A DNA stretch of 64,000 nucleotides from Alphaproteobacteria bacterium (GCA_963555825.3 CAUVXB020000001.1:2080001-2144000), one strand, 5' to 3'. Shown: positions 48,876 to 58,199, numbered from the stretch's first letter. Made by a program: numbers and translations. Notes: generated by a model not told the origin, from the letters alone.

Positions 48876-49507
48876 CCTTTCGAGAAACTCACGACTCCTG
48901 AGGAGATGCGGACACCTGAGTTGCCCAAGACCTTTATCAGTTTTGAAATCGCCGGCATCGACGCAGAGAATACTCCATTGCCTATCCTTTCCAAAGCAAC
49001 TGGCTTTGCAGAGGAAGCGTATGAAGCCGTGTGTCGGGTCTATCAAACTAAAGACGGTGATCACCTCGCCCTAGTTAAGATCGAAAGCGGATCTATCATC
49101 AGGATTGACTGCAAGGGCCTTGGTGAACCGATCAAGCACCTCAAAAATCTAATTCTGGAAGCGTGGCACAAACTGCGACACAAAAGAGCGGAACAGGTCT
49201 TGGAGAACAGCAAGGCCGTTCTCGGATCTCTTGCCGTCATCGAGCATATCGCCAAACGAGAGCGGGATGGATCGCTGTCCAGCGAGGAGGCCGAGCAGCT
49301 TCGGCGTAACATTGTCACCTCGGTTTGTGGACTGTTTGAGTGCGGCGCGCTCATTGCAGAGATACCGACACAGGAAACAGTGGAGAACACCAAGCTCCTC
49401 AGTGGGTTCTCGCCAAAGCTATTGATGCCTCCGAGTACTGACGGTAAAGCCGCGGCAAAGAAAACAACACCGAAGAAACGGTCATCAAAACGGCGTAAGA
49501 CCTGATG

Positions 49508-49567
49508 GCCCAACAACGCGCTGCACGGCGACGCGGTATACCGCGTGCGTGAACGCTGAAGTTCATC
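49508..49567 (+). other. Integron attC recombination site (60 bp)
   Basis: GCCCAAC - 5 nt - GCTGCAC ... ACGCGG-TATA-CCGCGT ... GTGAAC - 6 nt - GTT; starts 2 bp after a stop codon. Confidence 0.75.
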
Positions 49568-49570
49568 TTA

Positions 49571-49693
49571 CGAGCCAGCACGATCTACAAGCAGATGCTC
49601 GCCGACTACGATCCGCCGCCGCTCGACGCGGCGATCGAGGAAGAGCTGACCGCCTACATGGCCAAGCGCAAGGAAGCCAACGCCGCGGCGTAG
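49571..49693 (+). pseudogene. C-terminal remnant of an MttB-family paralog
   Basis: RASTIYKQMLADYDPPPLDAAIEEELTAYMAKRK aligns with the C-terminus of the downstream MttB (RANGIWKELLASYQQPPMDPAISEELDAFIARRK). Confidence 0.85.
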
Positions 49694-49803
49694 GCCGGCC
49701 ACGCGCGGCGAAGATTCCGCTTCGCAAGCGCGAAATTTCGGCGCTAGTGTGCGCTCAGAAGCGTCCATCCATCCGCGCACCTGCGCTGGTCTGGAGAGAT
49801 TCG

Positions 49804-51333
49804 ATGTCCGAACGATCTTCCCGCCGCCGCCGCGCGCGCCGTGTGCCCAGCGGCCCGCCGCAGCTCCCTTGGCGGCGCCTGAAGAACCCGTACAGGCCGA
49901 TCGAGGTGCTGAGCGCCGATCAGATCGAGACCATCCACGACGCCTCGCTCGGCGTGTTGGAAACCATCGGCGTCGATCTCTGGTGCCCGGAAGCGATGGA
50001 TATCTTCGCCGCCGCCGGCGCCGAGGTCGACCGGGCCGAGCGGCACGCGCGTTTCGACCGCGGCCTGATCGAGGAAGCCGTCGCCAAGGCGCCGCCTGAG
50101 TTCACGCTGACGCCGCGCAACCCAGAGCGCGCGATCGTGCTCGGTGGCAACAACATCAACTTCGGTCTGGTCGGCGGGCCGGCGAACGCGACCGACCTCG
50201 ACCGCGGCCGACGCTCGGGCGCCTATGAGGACACGCTCAACCTGATCCGCCTCGGCCAGTGCCTGAACGTGCTGCATCTGGTCGGCGCGGGCCCGGTGGC
50301 GCCGACCGACATGCCGGTGCCGACGCGCCACCTCGATACCTACAACGCCTGCCTGACGCTGACCGACAAGATTTTCAACTGCTCGGCGTTCGGCCACGAG
50401 CGCGTCACCGACGCGATCGACATGGTGGCCATCGCGCGTGGCATCGGCCGCGACGAGATCGCCAAGTCGCCGAGTGTCATCGGCGTCGTCAACTGCAACT
50501 CGCCGCTGCGCTACGACGACCCGATGCTCGAAGGCATCATCGCGTTGGCGCGCAACGGTCAGCCGGTGATCGTCACGCCGTTCACGCTGGCCGGCGCGAT
50601 GAGCCCGGTGACCATCGTCGGCGCGCTCGCCCAGCAGAACGCCGAGGCGTTGGTCGGCATCACGCTCTCGCAGCTGGTCAACCCCGGCGTGCCGGTGGTC
50701 TATGGCGGCTTCACCTCGAACGTCGATATGAAGTCCGGCGCGCCGGCCTTCGGCACGCCCGAATACGCCAAGGCGGTGCTCGCCGGCGGCCAGCTCGCGC
50801 GCCGCTACCGCCTGCCCTACCGCTCGTCGAACGTCAATGCGTCGAACACGGTCGACGCGCAAGCCGCGTATGAATCGCAGATGTCGCTGTGGTCGACGGT
50901 GATGGGCCACACCAACTACGTCATGCACGGCGCCGGCTGGCTCGAAGGCGGGCTGACCGCGTCGTATGAGAAGATGATCATCGACGCCGAGATGCTGCAG
51001 ATGATGGCCGAGTTCATGCAACCCTTGGAAGTCAGCGACGCGACATTGGGCCTCGAGGCGATGGCCGATGTCGGGCCGGGCGGACACTTCTTCGGCACCC
51101 AGCACACGCTCGACCGTTACGAGACCGCGTTCTACCAGCCGATGGTGTCGGACTGGCGCAACTTCGAGACCTGGGAGGAAGCCGGCTCTCTGACCGCGAC
51201 GCAGCGCGCCAACGGGATCTGGAAGGAGCTGCTGGCAAGCTACCAGCAGCCGCCGATGGATCCGGCGATTTCCGAGGAACTCGACGCCTTCATCGCCCGC
51301 CGCAAGGCCGAGATCAATGCCCAGGCGGCTTGA
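49804..51333 (+). CDS. Trimethylamine methyltransferase (MttB) family protein, non-pyrrolysine
   Basis: NSPLRYD, AGAMSPVT, DMKSGAPAFGTPE, HGAGWLEGGL and GPGGHFF motifs; no internal amber codon. Confidence 0.92.
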   Translation: MSERSSRRRRARRVPSGPPQLPWRRLKNPYRPIEVLSADQIETIHDASLGVLETIGVDLWCPEAMDIFAAAGAEVDRAERHARFDRGLIEEAVAKAPPEFTLTPRNPERAIVLGGNNINFGLVGGPANATDLDRGRRSGAYEDTLNLIRLGQCLNVLHLVGAGPVAPTDMPVPTRHLDTYNACLTLTDKIFNCSAFGHERVTDAIDMVAIARGIGRDEIAKSPSVIGVVNCNSPLRYDDPMLEGIIALARNGQPVIVTPFTLAGAMSPVTIVGALAQQNAEALVGITLSQLVNPGVPVVYGGFTSNVDMKSGAPAFGTPEYAKAVLAGGQLARRYRLPYRSSNVNASNTVDAQAAYESQMSLWSTVMGHTNYVMHGAGWLEGGLTASYEKMIIDAEMLQMMAEFMQPLEVSDATLGLEAMADVGPGGHFFGTQHTLDRYETAFYQPMVSDWRNFETWEEAGSLTATQRANGIWKELLASYQQPPMDPAISEELDAFIARRKAEINAQAA

Positions 51334-51349
51334 GCCGCATAGCCCGAAC

Positions 51350-51404
51350 GATTGGGATCAGTCGGGCTAAACTAGCCCGCGCCAGTCTTGTTGGGACAAG
51401 AGGG
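51350..51404. other. Candidate attL-like site (core TCTTG-TTGGGA-CAAGA, 51386-51401)
   Basis: Core is a direct repeat of 56942-56957; flanks are inverted repeats of the flanks there. Confidence 0.6.
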
Positions 51405-51597
51405 GCTTATTGGGACACGCGGGGGCCGCCGCGCCCGCCGTCGAACCAAAAGCTGACCGGCGAGGCACGGTTTTGGCTTTCACAGCTTCGATGTCAGGTA
51501 ACGGACGGGAACCGGGGTTGAACCGGAAACGGACCTAGGGACACCGTATCCGTCCGACGAATTCCGCGTCGATGATTGATGGCGAATGATTCGGGTG

Positions 51598-52158
51598 TCA
51601 GCCCCGCAGCATCCGCCTCAGAGTATCGTCCCCGTCGATGAAGTGATGCTTGAGAGCGCCCGCGACATGGAGCGCGATCAGGGCCACGCCCGCATAGGCG
51701 AAGTAGTAGTGCACCGAAATTGCGACGTCGCGCAGCGGCACCGACTTGGGCAGGACGGCGGGGACCTCGAAGAGCCCGAAGATGGCAACGCCTGCGCCCG
51801 CCGAGGTCGAAATGATGTAACCGGTCACTGGCACGACCAGCATCAGTGCGTAAAGCAGATAGTGCGTGATCTTGGCCGCGATGACCTCCCACTGCTTGCG
51901 GGACTCGGTGATCCGCGTCCCGCGGCCGGCGATCTGCCAAGAAATCATGATCGAGGCCAGCAGCAGCACGACCATGCCCAGCGCCTTGTGGATCTCCAAG
52001 GTATCGTACGACCAAGGATCATAGTACTCCAGCCCGACCATGTACCAGCCAAGCGGGACCAAGGCGATGATCAGGACTGCGATGATCCAGTGCACGGCCC
52101 TCGAGATCAGTCCGTAGCGCCTTTCGGGATCGCGCGGCAAGACGATGTCTCCGGCCAC
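51598..52158 (-). CDS. Cytochrome b561 (CybB/YceJ family)
   Basis: RYG...HW, HKALG, HYLLY, HVAGALKHH and D.TLRRML motifs. Confidence 0.9.
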   Translation of the reverse strand: MAGDIVLPRDPERRYGLISRAVHWIIAVLIIALVPLGWYMVGLEYYDPWSYDTLEIHKALGMVVLLLASIMISWQIAGRGTRITESRKQWEVIAAKITHYLLYALMLVVPVTGYIISTSAGAGVAIFGLFEVPAVLPKSVPLRDVAISVHYYFAYAGVALIALHVAGALKHHFIDGDDTLRRMLRG

Positions 52159-52188
52159 AAGGGGCGCCTTGCGGCCCGCCCTGATGCG

Positions 52189-52782
52189 TTACTGACGGAT
52201 GCCCTCGATGATGATTTCCAGCGCCACGGTCTCGCCCTTGGGACCGAAGTCCCTGGTCTCTCCGAAATCCTTGCGCACCAAGGTGTATTTGCCCTCGAAG
52301 CCGGCCCGGTAGTTGCCCCAGGGATCGTCACCTTCGGCGATCAGCTTAATCGGAAACGAGATCGACTTCGTGACGCCACGGTAGCTCAGGTCGCCGGTCA
52401 AGGTCCCGCCGTCCGCATTCCCCGAATAGCCCGTGCTCTCGAAGGTCACCTGGGGATACGTCTCGACGTCCAGGGATTTCGCGCTGCGCAGGTCCTTGTC
52501 GCGTTCCGCGTGGTTGGTATCCACGCTGGCCGTATCGATCGTTACCGAGACCTTCTGCGCCGAGGGCCCCGCCGCCGGATCATAGGTCAGACTGCCCTCC
52601 AAGGTGTTGAAGCGGCCGAATACAAAACCGATGCCCAAGTGACTGACCCGAAACTGGATGAAGGAATGAGCCGGATCGATCTTGTAGTCTGCCGCCTGCG
52701 CCGCCGTCGGCACACCGAGCAGAATTCCACAGGCAAGCGCAATCACGGCCAGCTTGTCGGATATCTCGAATTTGGTCTGCAT
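52189..52782 (-). CDS. YceI-family periplasmic protein
   Basis: Signal peptide; YKIDPAHS, GRF, SVDT..ERD and GVTK motifs. Confidence 0.92.
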   Translation of the reverse strand: MQTKFEISDKLAVIALACGILLGVPTAAQAADYKIDPAHSFIQFRVSHLGIGFVFGRFNTLEGSLTYDPAAGPSAQKVSVTIDTASVDTNHAERDKDLRSAKSLDVETYPQVTFESTGYSGNADGGTLTGDLSYRGVTKSISFPIKLIAEGDDPWGNYRAGFEGKYTLVRKDFGETRDFGPKGETVALEIIIEGIRQ

Positions 52783-52980
52783 GGATTTTCCCTCCTGCGG
52801 GGAAATCGCGTGCCAGGCGAGACCCCTCATATTAACCCCCAACCGATGGTAGTCGAAGATCGCGGCCCGGGGAAGGCTGTCGCATCGCAGTTCGCCGCCG
52901 AGGGCGGACGGATGACCGCCGATCATGCGGCCAGGCGCGCCGCCCCAGGTCCGAAGCGCGGCGTCAATGTCTTCTACGGT

Positions 52981-54671
52981 TCCAGACTGTGTAAGAACGT
53001 TTGCTGCGTGATCTGTACGGCGCGTCTTTGGCTTCGATGATCCGTCGCGGCGGGTATTCCGGGATTAAGGATTTTCGCCACTCGTGCGGACCTGTCGGCC
53101 GGCTGGCGCCGGTGTGAGCTGCGATTTGGCCGGATATGGGCGCAATTTGCGGCGCAGAGAGGCCTATGCGGTCCTCATCGCCGCGATCAGCGGGTCGATG
53201 CCCGTGATGTTCATGACGCGCTTGAGATTGTAGGCCAGCACGTGCAGGGCCATCTCGGTCCTCACCCGTTTCAGCGTCTTCGTCTGGAAATGCGTCGCGC
53301 CCATCCAGGACTTGATGGTGCCGAAGGGATGCTCGGCCGTCTCGCGCCGCCGACGCATCGCCTCCGGGTGCTCGTCGAGCCGCCTCTCGACGGCCTCGAG
53401 AACATGCTCGTGCTGCCAGCGGGTGATGCGGCGCTGCTTGGCCGTGGTGCAGCGATGCTTGATGGCGCATCCCTGACAGGCGTTGGTCCAGTAGCGCCGC
53501 ATGCTCAGCCCCCTCTCCTGGCTGGTGAAGCGGTAGACCAAACGCTCGCCGGCCGGGCAGCGATAGACATCGTCGGCGGCCAGATAGACGAAGTCCTGTT
53601 TGCCGAAGCGGCCCTTGGCCTTGGCTCCAGAGGTCAGCGGCTTAGGCAATGTGACGGTGATGCCGGCCTCATCGCAGGCCAGAATCTCCTTGCCGTTGTA
53701 GTAGCCGCGATCGGCAACGACATCCAACTCGTCGGTCTCCAGAGCCGCCTTGGTCCGCTTCGCCATGGCTGAGAGCTGGGCGCGGTCGGTGCCCTGATTG
53801 GTCACCTCGTGGGCGACGATCAGGTGGTGCTTGGTGTCGACGGCGGCCTGAACGTTGTAGCCGACCACGCCGGAACCCCGGCCGCTCGTCGCCATCGAGC
53901 GGGCATCGGGATCGCTCAGAGAGATCTGCTGGTCCGGGCTCGCACGCCGCTCGACTTCAAGCGCCTTCAGGCGCCGCATCTCCTCCTTGAGGATCGCGAT
54001 CTTGTCGGCCAGACGAGTCGTCTTGGTCGTGCGCGCCAGCGACGGCTCTTGCCGGTCGGCGCTGTCCAACTGGTCCAGATAGCGCGCAACGCTCTCCTCG
54101 ATCTGCGCCACCCGCCGCGCCATCTTGGCCCGCGTGAAGTTCCTGTCCCGGCTGTTGACCGCCTTGAACTTCGAGCCATCGATCGCCACGCTCGCCTCGG
54201 CGAACAGCCCGAGTTGCCGGCACAGCGCGACGAACCGGGCGCAGACCTTGCGGATCGCACGGCCGTTGTCCTTGCGGAAGTCGGCGATCGTCTTGTGATC
54301 CGGCGCCAGCCGGCCGACCAGCCACATCACTTCCACATTGCGCCCGGCCTCCCTCTCGAGCCGACGGCTCGACTGAACCCGGTTGAGATAGCCGTAGATG
54401 TAGAGCTTCAACAAATCGCAAGGATGATAGGCCGGCCTGCCGGTCGCCAGCGGCTCGACCCGGTCGAACCCGAGGCCGCCAAGATCGAGCTCATCGACGA
54501 AGACGTCGATCGCCCGAACCGGGTTGTCGTCGCCGATCCAGTCTTCCAGGCGCTCCGGAAACAACGTGCCCTGGCTGCGATCGACACCCTCGACAAAACG
54601 CTTCATCAGACCCTCCCGCCAAAGCACGAGAGAATCATAACACCATCGACGTTTTTACACAGGCTGGGTCA
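52981..54671 (-). mobile_element. IS1182-family element, copy 2
   Basis: Near-identical to copy 1; one amino-acid difference seen (DRVQ versus DRAQ). Confidence 0.92.
53164..54606 (-). CDS. IS1182 transposase
   Basis: Same motifs as copy 1. Confidence 0.93.
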   Translation of the reverse strand: MKRFVEGVDRSQGTLFPERLEDWIGDDNPVRAIDVFVDELDLGGLGFDRVEPLATGRPAYHPCDLLKLYIYGYLNRVQSSRRLEREAGRNVEVMWLVGRLAPDHKTIADFRKDNGRAIRKVCARFVALCRQLGLFAEASVAIDGSKFKAVNSRDRNFTRAKMARRVAQIEESVARYLDQLDSADRQEPSLARTTKTTRLADKIAILKEEMRRLKALEVERRASPDQQISLSDPDARSMATSGRGSGVVGYNVQAAVDTKHHLIVAHEVTNQGTDRAQLSAMAKRTKAALETDELDVVADRGYYNGKEILACDEAGITVTLPKPLTSGAKAKGRFGKQDFVYLAADDVYRCPAGERLVYRFTSQERGLSMRRYWTNACQGCAIKHRCTTAKQRRITRWQHEHVLEAVERRLDEHPEAMRRRRETAEHPFGTIKSWMGATHFQTKTLKRVRTEMALHVLAYNLKRVMNITGIDPLIAAMRTA

Positions 54672-55853
54672 TATGCCGAGCCGCCGCGCGAGGTACTGGG
54701 CGAAGTCGTAAATTGGCCGCTCGAGATAGGACAGGTGGCCGCCCTTGGCGAGACCGGCCCGCATGCCGCGATAGACGGCCTCGACGCCGCGCCGGTCCTC
54801 GTCGTTGACCGCGTCGAGCAGCGTCTTCAGCGCGGCGATGTCGTCGGCGGCCTCTGGCTCGTCGAGGTATTCGGGCGCGAGGCCGCCGCCGTAGGTGATG
54901 TGCACCCGGCCGACGCCGCGCGGATGGACGACCAAGTACCAGAAATAGCCCGGCGTCAGCGTGATCAGATGGCTCGGGTAGACGGTGATCAGCGCCGCCG
55001 TCTTGCGCCAGCGTCCTTGCAAACGCGTGTTGTCGGGGTGCGCGTTGCCGATCGGCAGCGAGGCTTCCTTGGTGATCCAGTGGTAGTTGAAGGCCGGCAG
55101 ACCGGGCGGGCAGTCCATGTCGTCGACCTTGGAGTGCGCGCCGACGGTGCCCCAATGCAGCATCGGCAGGTGATAGCTCTCCATGAAGTTCTCGGCCAGG
55201 ACCTTCCAATTTGTGTCCCAGACATGCTCTTCGCGGAACGTCTCGACGTAATCCGCCATGCCGTAATCGCCGATCAACGCACCGAGCGGCTCGAGGCTTG
55301 TCGCGACCGACTCGGCGTCGGGGTTCAGCGTAACGTAGAGCCAACCCTGCCATTCTTCGCAGCGGATCGCGGGCAGCCGGTAGCCCGCCTTGCAGAAGCC
55401 GGTCGTCTTCTCCATATGCGGCGCGGCGCGCAGCGAGCCATCGAGGTTGTAGGTCCAGGCGTGATAGGGACAGACGATCGCCCTTGCGTTGCCGGTGCCT
55501 TCGAGCAACGTCGACATGCGGTGCAGGCAGACGTTGGAGAACGCGCGCAGCTCCCCGTCTCGTCCCCGGATGACGGCGATCGGTTGGCCGGCCAGCTCGT
55601 AAGTCAGATAATCGCCCGGCTGGGCCACGGCGCTGGCGCGGCCGACGCAGATCCATTCCCGGCGAAGGATCCGCTCGAGCTCCAATTCGAGGAAGCCGGC
55701 GTCGGTATAGACCGAGGGCGGCATCGCGACGGCATCCTCGAAGCGCCGCGCGACGACCGATCGAAGCTCGGCGAGCGCCGTCGCCCCTGGCCCATCCGTC
55801 TTCGGCCGCGTCTCTGCACCATCGATTTTCGTCCGCAATGGCGTATCCGGCAT
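54669..55853 (-). CDS. Rieske non-heme iron oxygenase alpha subunit (choline monooxygenase / N-demethylase-like)
   Basis: CLHR...CPYHAW Rieske motif; NWK..ENF.ESYH...H; ED near C-terminus. Confidence 0.9.
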   Translation of the reverse strand: MPDTPLRTKIDGAETRPKTDGPGATALAELRSVVARRFEDAVAMPPSVYTDAGFLELELERILRREWICVGRASAVAQPGDYLTYELAGQPIAVIRGRDGELRAFSNVCLHRMSTLLEGTGNARAIVCPYHAWTYNLDGSLRAAPHMEKTTGFCKAGYRLPAIRCEEWQGWLYVTLNPDAESVATSLEPLGALIGDYGMADYVETFREEHVWDTNWKVLAENFMESYHLPMLHWGTVGAHSKVDDMDCPPGLPAFNYHWITKEASLPIGNAHPDNTRLQGRWRKTAALITVYPSHLITLTPGYFWYLVVHPRGVGRVHITYGGGLAPEYLDEPEAADDIAALKTLLDAVNDEDRRGVEAVYRGMRAGLAKGGHLSYLERPIYDFAQYLARRLGI

Positions 55854-55909
55854 GGCCGATTCTCCTTGATTTGCTTTACCTCACATCACCAAACCACCCT
55901 ACGGAACGC

Positions 55910-55957
55910 TTGAAATCATATAAAATTTATTTTATTTTAATATTAGCAATAAAAAAT
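55910..55957. promoter_or_regulatory. AT-rich divergent promoter / LysR-binding region
   Basis: Very AT-rich patch between the divergent Rieske and LysR genes. Confidence 0.5.
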
Positions 55958-56863
55958 ATGGTTAAGTTCACACTGAAGCAACTCGGCTATTTCTCGGCGG
56001 TCGCCGAGCATGGCGGTATCGCCCAGGCCGCGCGCGCGCTCAACATCTCCGTGCCAGCGGTCGCCGCCGGCATCGACAAGCTCGAAATACTGCTCGGCTA
56101 TCGCCTGCTGGTGCGGCGCCATGCGCGCGGCACCGAGCCGACGCTCAAGGGCCGCGAGGCGCTGCTTCTGGCCCGCGAGCTGCTGGCGCGCGCCGACGAA
56201 GCCGACCGCCGCCTGCGTGCCCTCGGCGCGCGGGTCGAGGGCGCGCTGAAGATCGGCTGTTACGAGACGCTCGCGCCGTTCTATCTGCCCGGGCTGATCG
56301 ACCTGATGCGGCGCCAACACCCCAGCGTCACCTGCACGGTATCCGAGGGGCGAACCGAAAAACTATTGGCCGCGCTTGCCATGGCCGACATCGAGATCGC
56401 GCTGCTCTACGACATGGACCTCAACCGCCACGGCATTGCCGTCGAGCGCGTCGCCAGCCTCGCGCCCTATGTCCTGCTGCCGGCTGGCCATGCTCTGGCC
56501 GGCGAGGCGTCGGTCGGCATCGGCGCGCTCGCTGAGGAGCCCTATGTGCAGCTCGACTGGCGCACCACGCGCGAGCACTTCTCGACGATCTTCAAGCGCG
56601 CGCGCATCGCGCCGCCGGTCGCCTTTCGCTCACCATCGTTCGAGCTGGTGCGCAGCGCGGTCGCCAACGGCCTGGGATTCTCGCTGCTCTACGTCAGGCC
56701 GGACAGCGACGTCGCTTACGACGGCAAGGCGATCGTATGCTTGCCGATCGAGGAGACGATGCCGCCACTGGACATCGTGCTCGCCTGGCCCAGCCGCGGC
56801 ACGTCGCGAACGATCAGAACAGCGTTCGTCGACGTCGCAACGGCGTATTTCGCCGGCCGCTAG
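55958..56863 (+). CDS. LysR family transcriptional regulator
   Basis: LKQLGYFSAVAEHG.IAQAARALNIS HTH; VRSAVANGLGFS. Confidence 0.92.
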   Translation: MVKFTLKQLGYFSAVAEHGGIAQAARALNISVPAVAAGIDKLEILLGYRLLVRRHARGTEPTLKGREALLLARELLARADEADRRLRALGARVEGALKIGCYETLAPFYLPGLIDLMRRQHPSVTCTVSEGRTEKLLAALAMADIEIALLYDMDLNRHGIAVERVASLAPYVLLPAGHALAGEASVGIGALAEEPYVQLDWRTTREHFSTIFKRARIAPPVAFRSPSFELVRSAVANGLGFSLLYVRPDSDVAYDGKAIVCLPIEETMPPLDIVLAWPSRGTSRTIRTAFVDVATAYFAGR

Positions 56864-56938
56864 CGCTTATTTGTCCGGTCAATCGCCGCGCTTGCCAATC
56901 TTAATCCCACAAGGACTGGCCGAACGGTCGGCGGCCCG

Positions 56939-56993
56939 CCCTCTTGTTGGGATAAGATTGGCGCGGGCTGGAATTGTCCGACATATCCCGATT
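56939..56993. other. Candidate attR-like site (core TCTTG-TTGGGA-TAAGA, 56942-56957)
   Basis: Counterpart of 51350-51404. Confidence 0.6.
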
Positions 56994-57011
56994 ATGCACT
57001 GGCCCCGCGCG

Positions 57012-57770
57012 CTATTCGACCCCGACCGCCTCACCCAGCGTCGGGCCGATCTCGCCGTGGACCAGCAGGTCGGCTTCCATGTCGAGTTCGGTCGGTTCGC
57101 GGTTGACGATGGCGAGCAGCGCGCCGTTGCGCTTGGCGAGCGAGGGAAAGCCGGCGGCCGGATAGACCCTGAGCGACGAGCCGATCGAGATGAACAGGTC
57201 GCAGGCGAGCGTCGCCGCCTCGGCGCGCTGCATCTCGGCCTCGGGCATCTGCTGGCCGAACGAGATCGTCGCGGTCTTGACCAGGCCGCCGCAGGCGGTG
57301 CACAGCGGCAGCGTTTCGTCGGCCGCGAAGGCCGCGTAGATCGGCGCGAGCTCGTGGCGTTCACCGCAGGAGAGACAGGATGCGTAGGTCGTGTTGCCGT
57401 GCAGCTCGACGATGCGGTCGTCGGCGATGCCCGAACGCTGGTGCAGGCCGTCGACGTTCTGCGTGATGACGCAGACGACGGTGCCGCGGCGCACCAGCTC
57501 GGCGACGGCGCGGTGGCCGCGGCTCGGCTCGGCCTCGGCGACCGCGTCGTGGGTCGCGAGCTTGCGCCGCCACGCCTCGCGCCGCATGTCCTCGGAGCGC
57601 ATGAAGTCCTGGAAATCGACCGGCGTATATTTGGTCCAGATGCCGCCCGGGCTGCGGTAGTCGGGGATGCCCGATTCGGTGCTGATGCCGGCGCCGGTGA
57701 AGACGACGACGCGGTGGCTGACCTCGAGCAGGCGGTTGAGCGCCTTGATGTCACGCGCGGCGTCATCCAT
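57012..57770 (-). CDS. Sir2/CobB family NAD-dependent deacylase
   Basis: [27 protein letters not shown], two CxxC and [10 protein letters not shown] motifs. Confidence 0.93.
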   Translation of the reverse strand: MDDAARDIKALNRLLEVSHRVVVFTGAGISTESGIPDYRSPGGIWTKYTPVDFQDFMRSEDMRREAWRRKLATHDAVAEAEPSRGHRAVAELVRRGTVVCVITQNVDGLHQRSGIADDRIVELHGNTTYASCLSCGERHELAPIYAAFAADETLPLCTACGGLVKTATISFGQQMPEAEMQRAEAATLACDLFISIGSSLRVYPAAGFPSLAKRNGALLAIVNREPTELDMEADLLVHGEIGPTLGEAVGVE

Positions 57771-57908
57771 GGCACGAGTTATTTTCGCGAATGGTCATGG
57801 GCCTGAGTGTAGGCAAGCGAGGATATCAGGACAATCGGCCTTGCAACAGCGGCGATCTTTACCGATAACCCATGCTCAATCACAAACCCGCCTGAGGAGC
57901 CGACCGCC

Positions 57909-58199
57909 ATGCAGGCCACCGCCACCGTCCAGGCCGACAACGAGCGCACCACCGTCACCGAATGGCGCTTCCAGCCCGGCCAGTCGACCGGCTATCACCG
58001 TCACGCCTACGACTACGTCATCGTGCCGCTGACGACCGGCAAGCTGCAGCTTACCGGCCCCGACGGCGAGACCATCGGCGACCTGGTCGCTGGGCGTTCG
58101 TACTTCCGGGACGCGGGAGTCGAGCACGACGTCACGAACATCAACGACTACGAGTTCGCTTTCGTCGAGGTCGAGTTCAAGGACGGCGGACCCAAGTAG
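57909..58199 (+). CDS. Cupin domain protein
   Basis: VTEWRF.PG.STG.HRH..DY and GVEHDV.N motifs; GAGGAG RBS. Confidence 0.85.
   Translation: MQATATVQADNERTTVTEWRFQPGQSTGYHRHAYDYVIVPLTTGKLQLTGPDGETIGDLVAGRSYFRDAGVEHDVTNINDYEFAFVEVEFKDGGPK

Larger units (their letters stand above)
47514..49505 (+). pseudogene. Hypothetical cassette-type gene, interrupted by IS3 and probably 5'-truncated
   Basis: Removing IS3 and one CCT restores ...TMMSFVDPFEKLTTPEEMR...KKRSSKRRKT*; low GC; followed by attC. Confidence 0.7.

Noticed and set aside
57012-57770. Sir2 as an anti-phage defence effector
   Set aside because: It is a canonical Zn-binding CobB-type deacylase with no HerA, pAgo or Thoeris partner.
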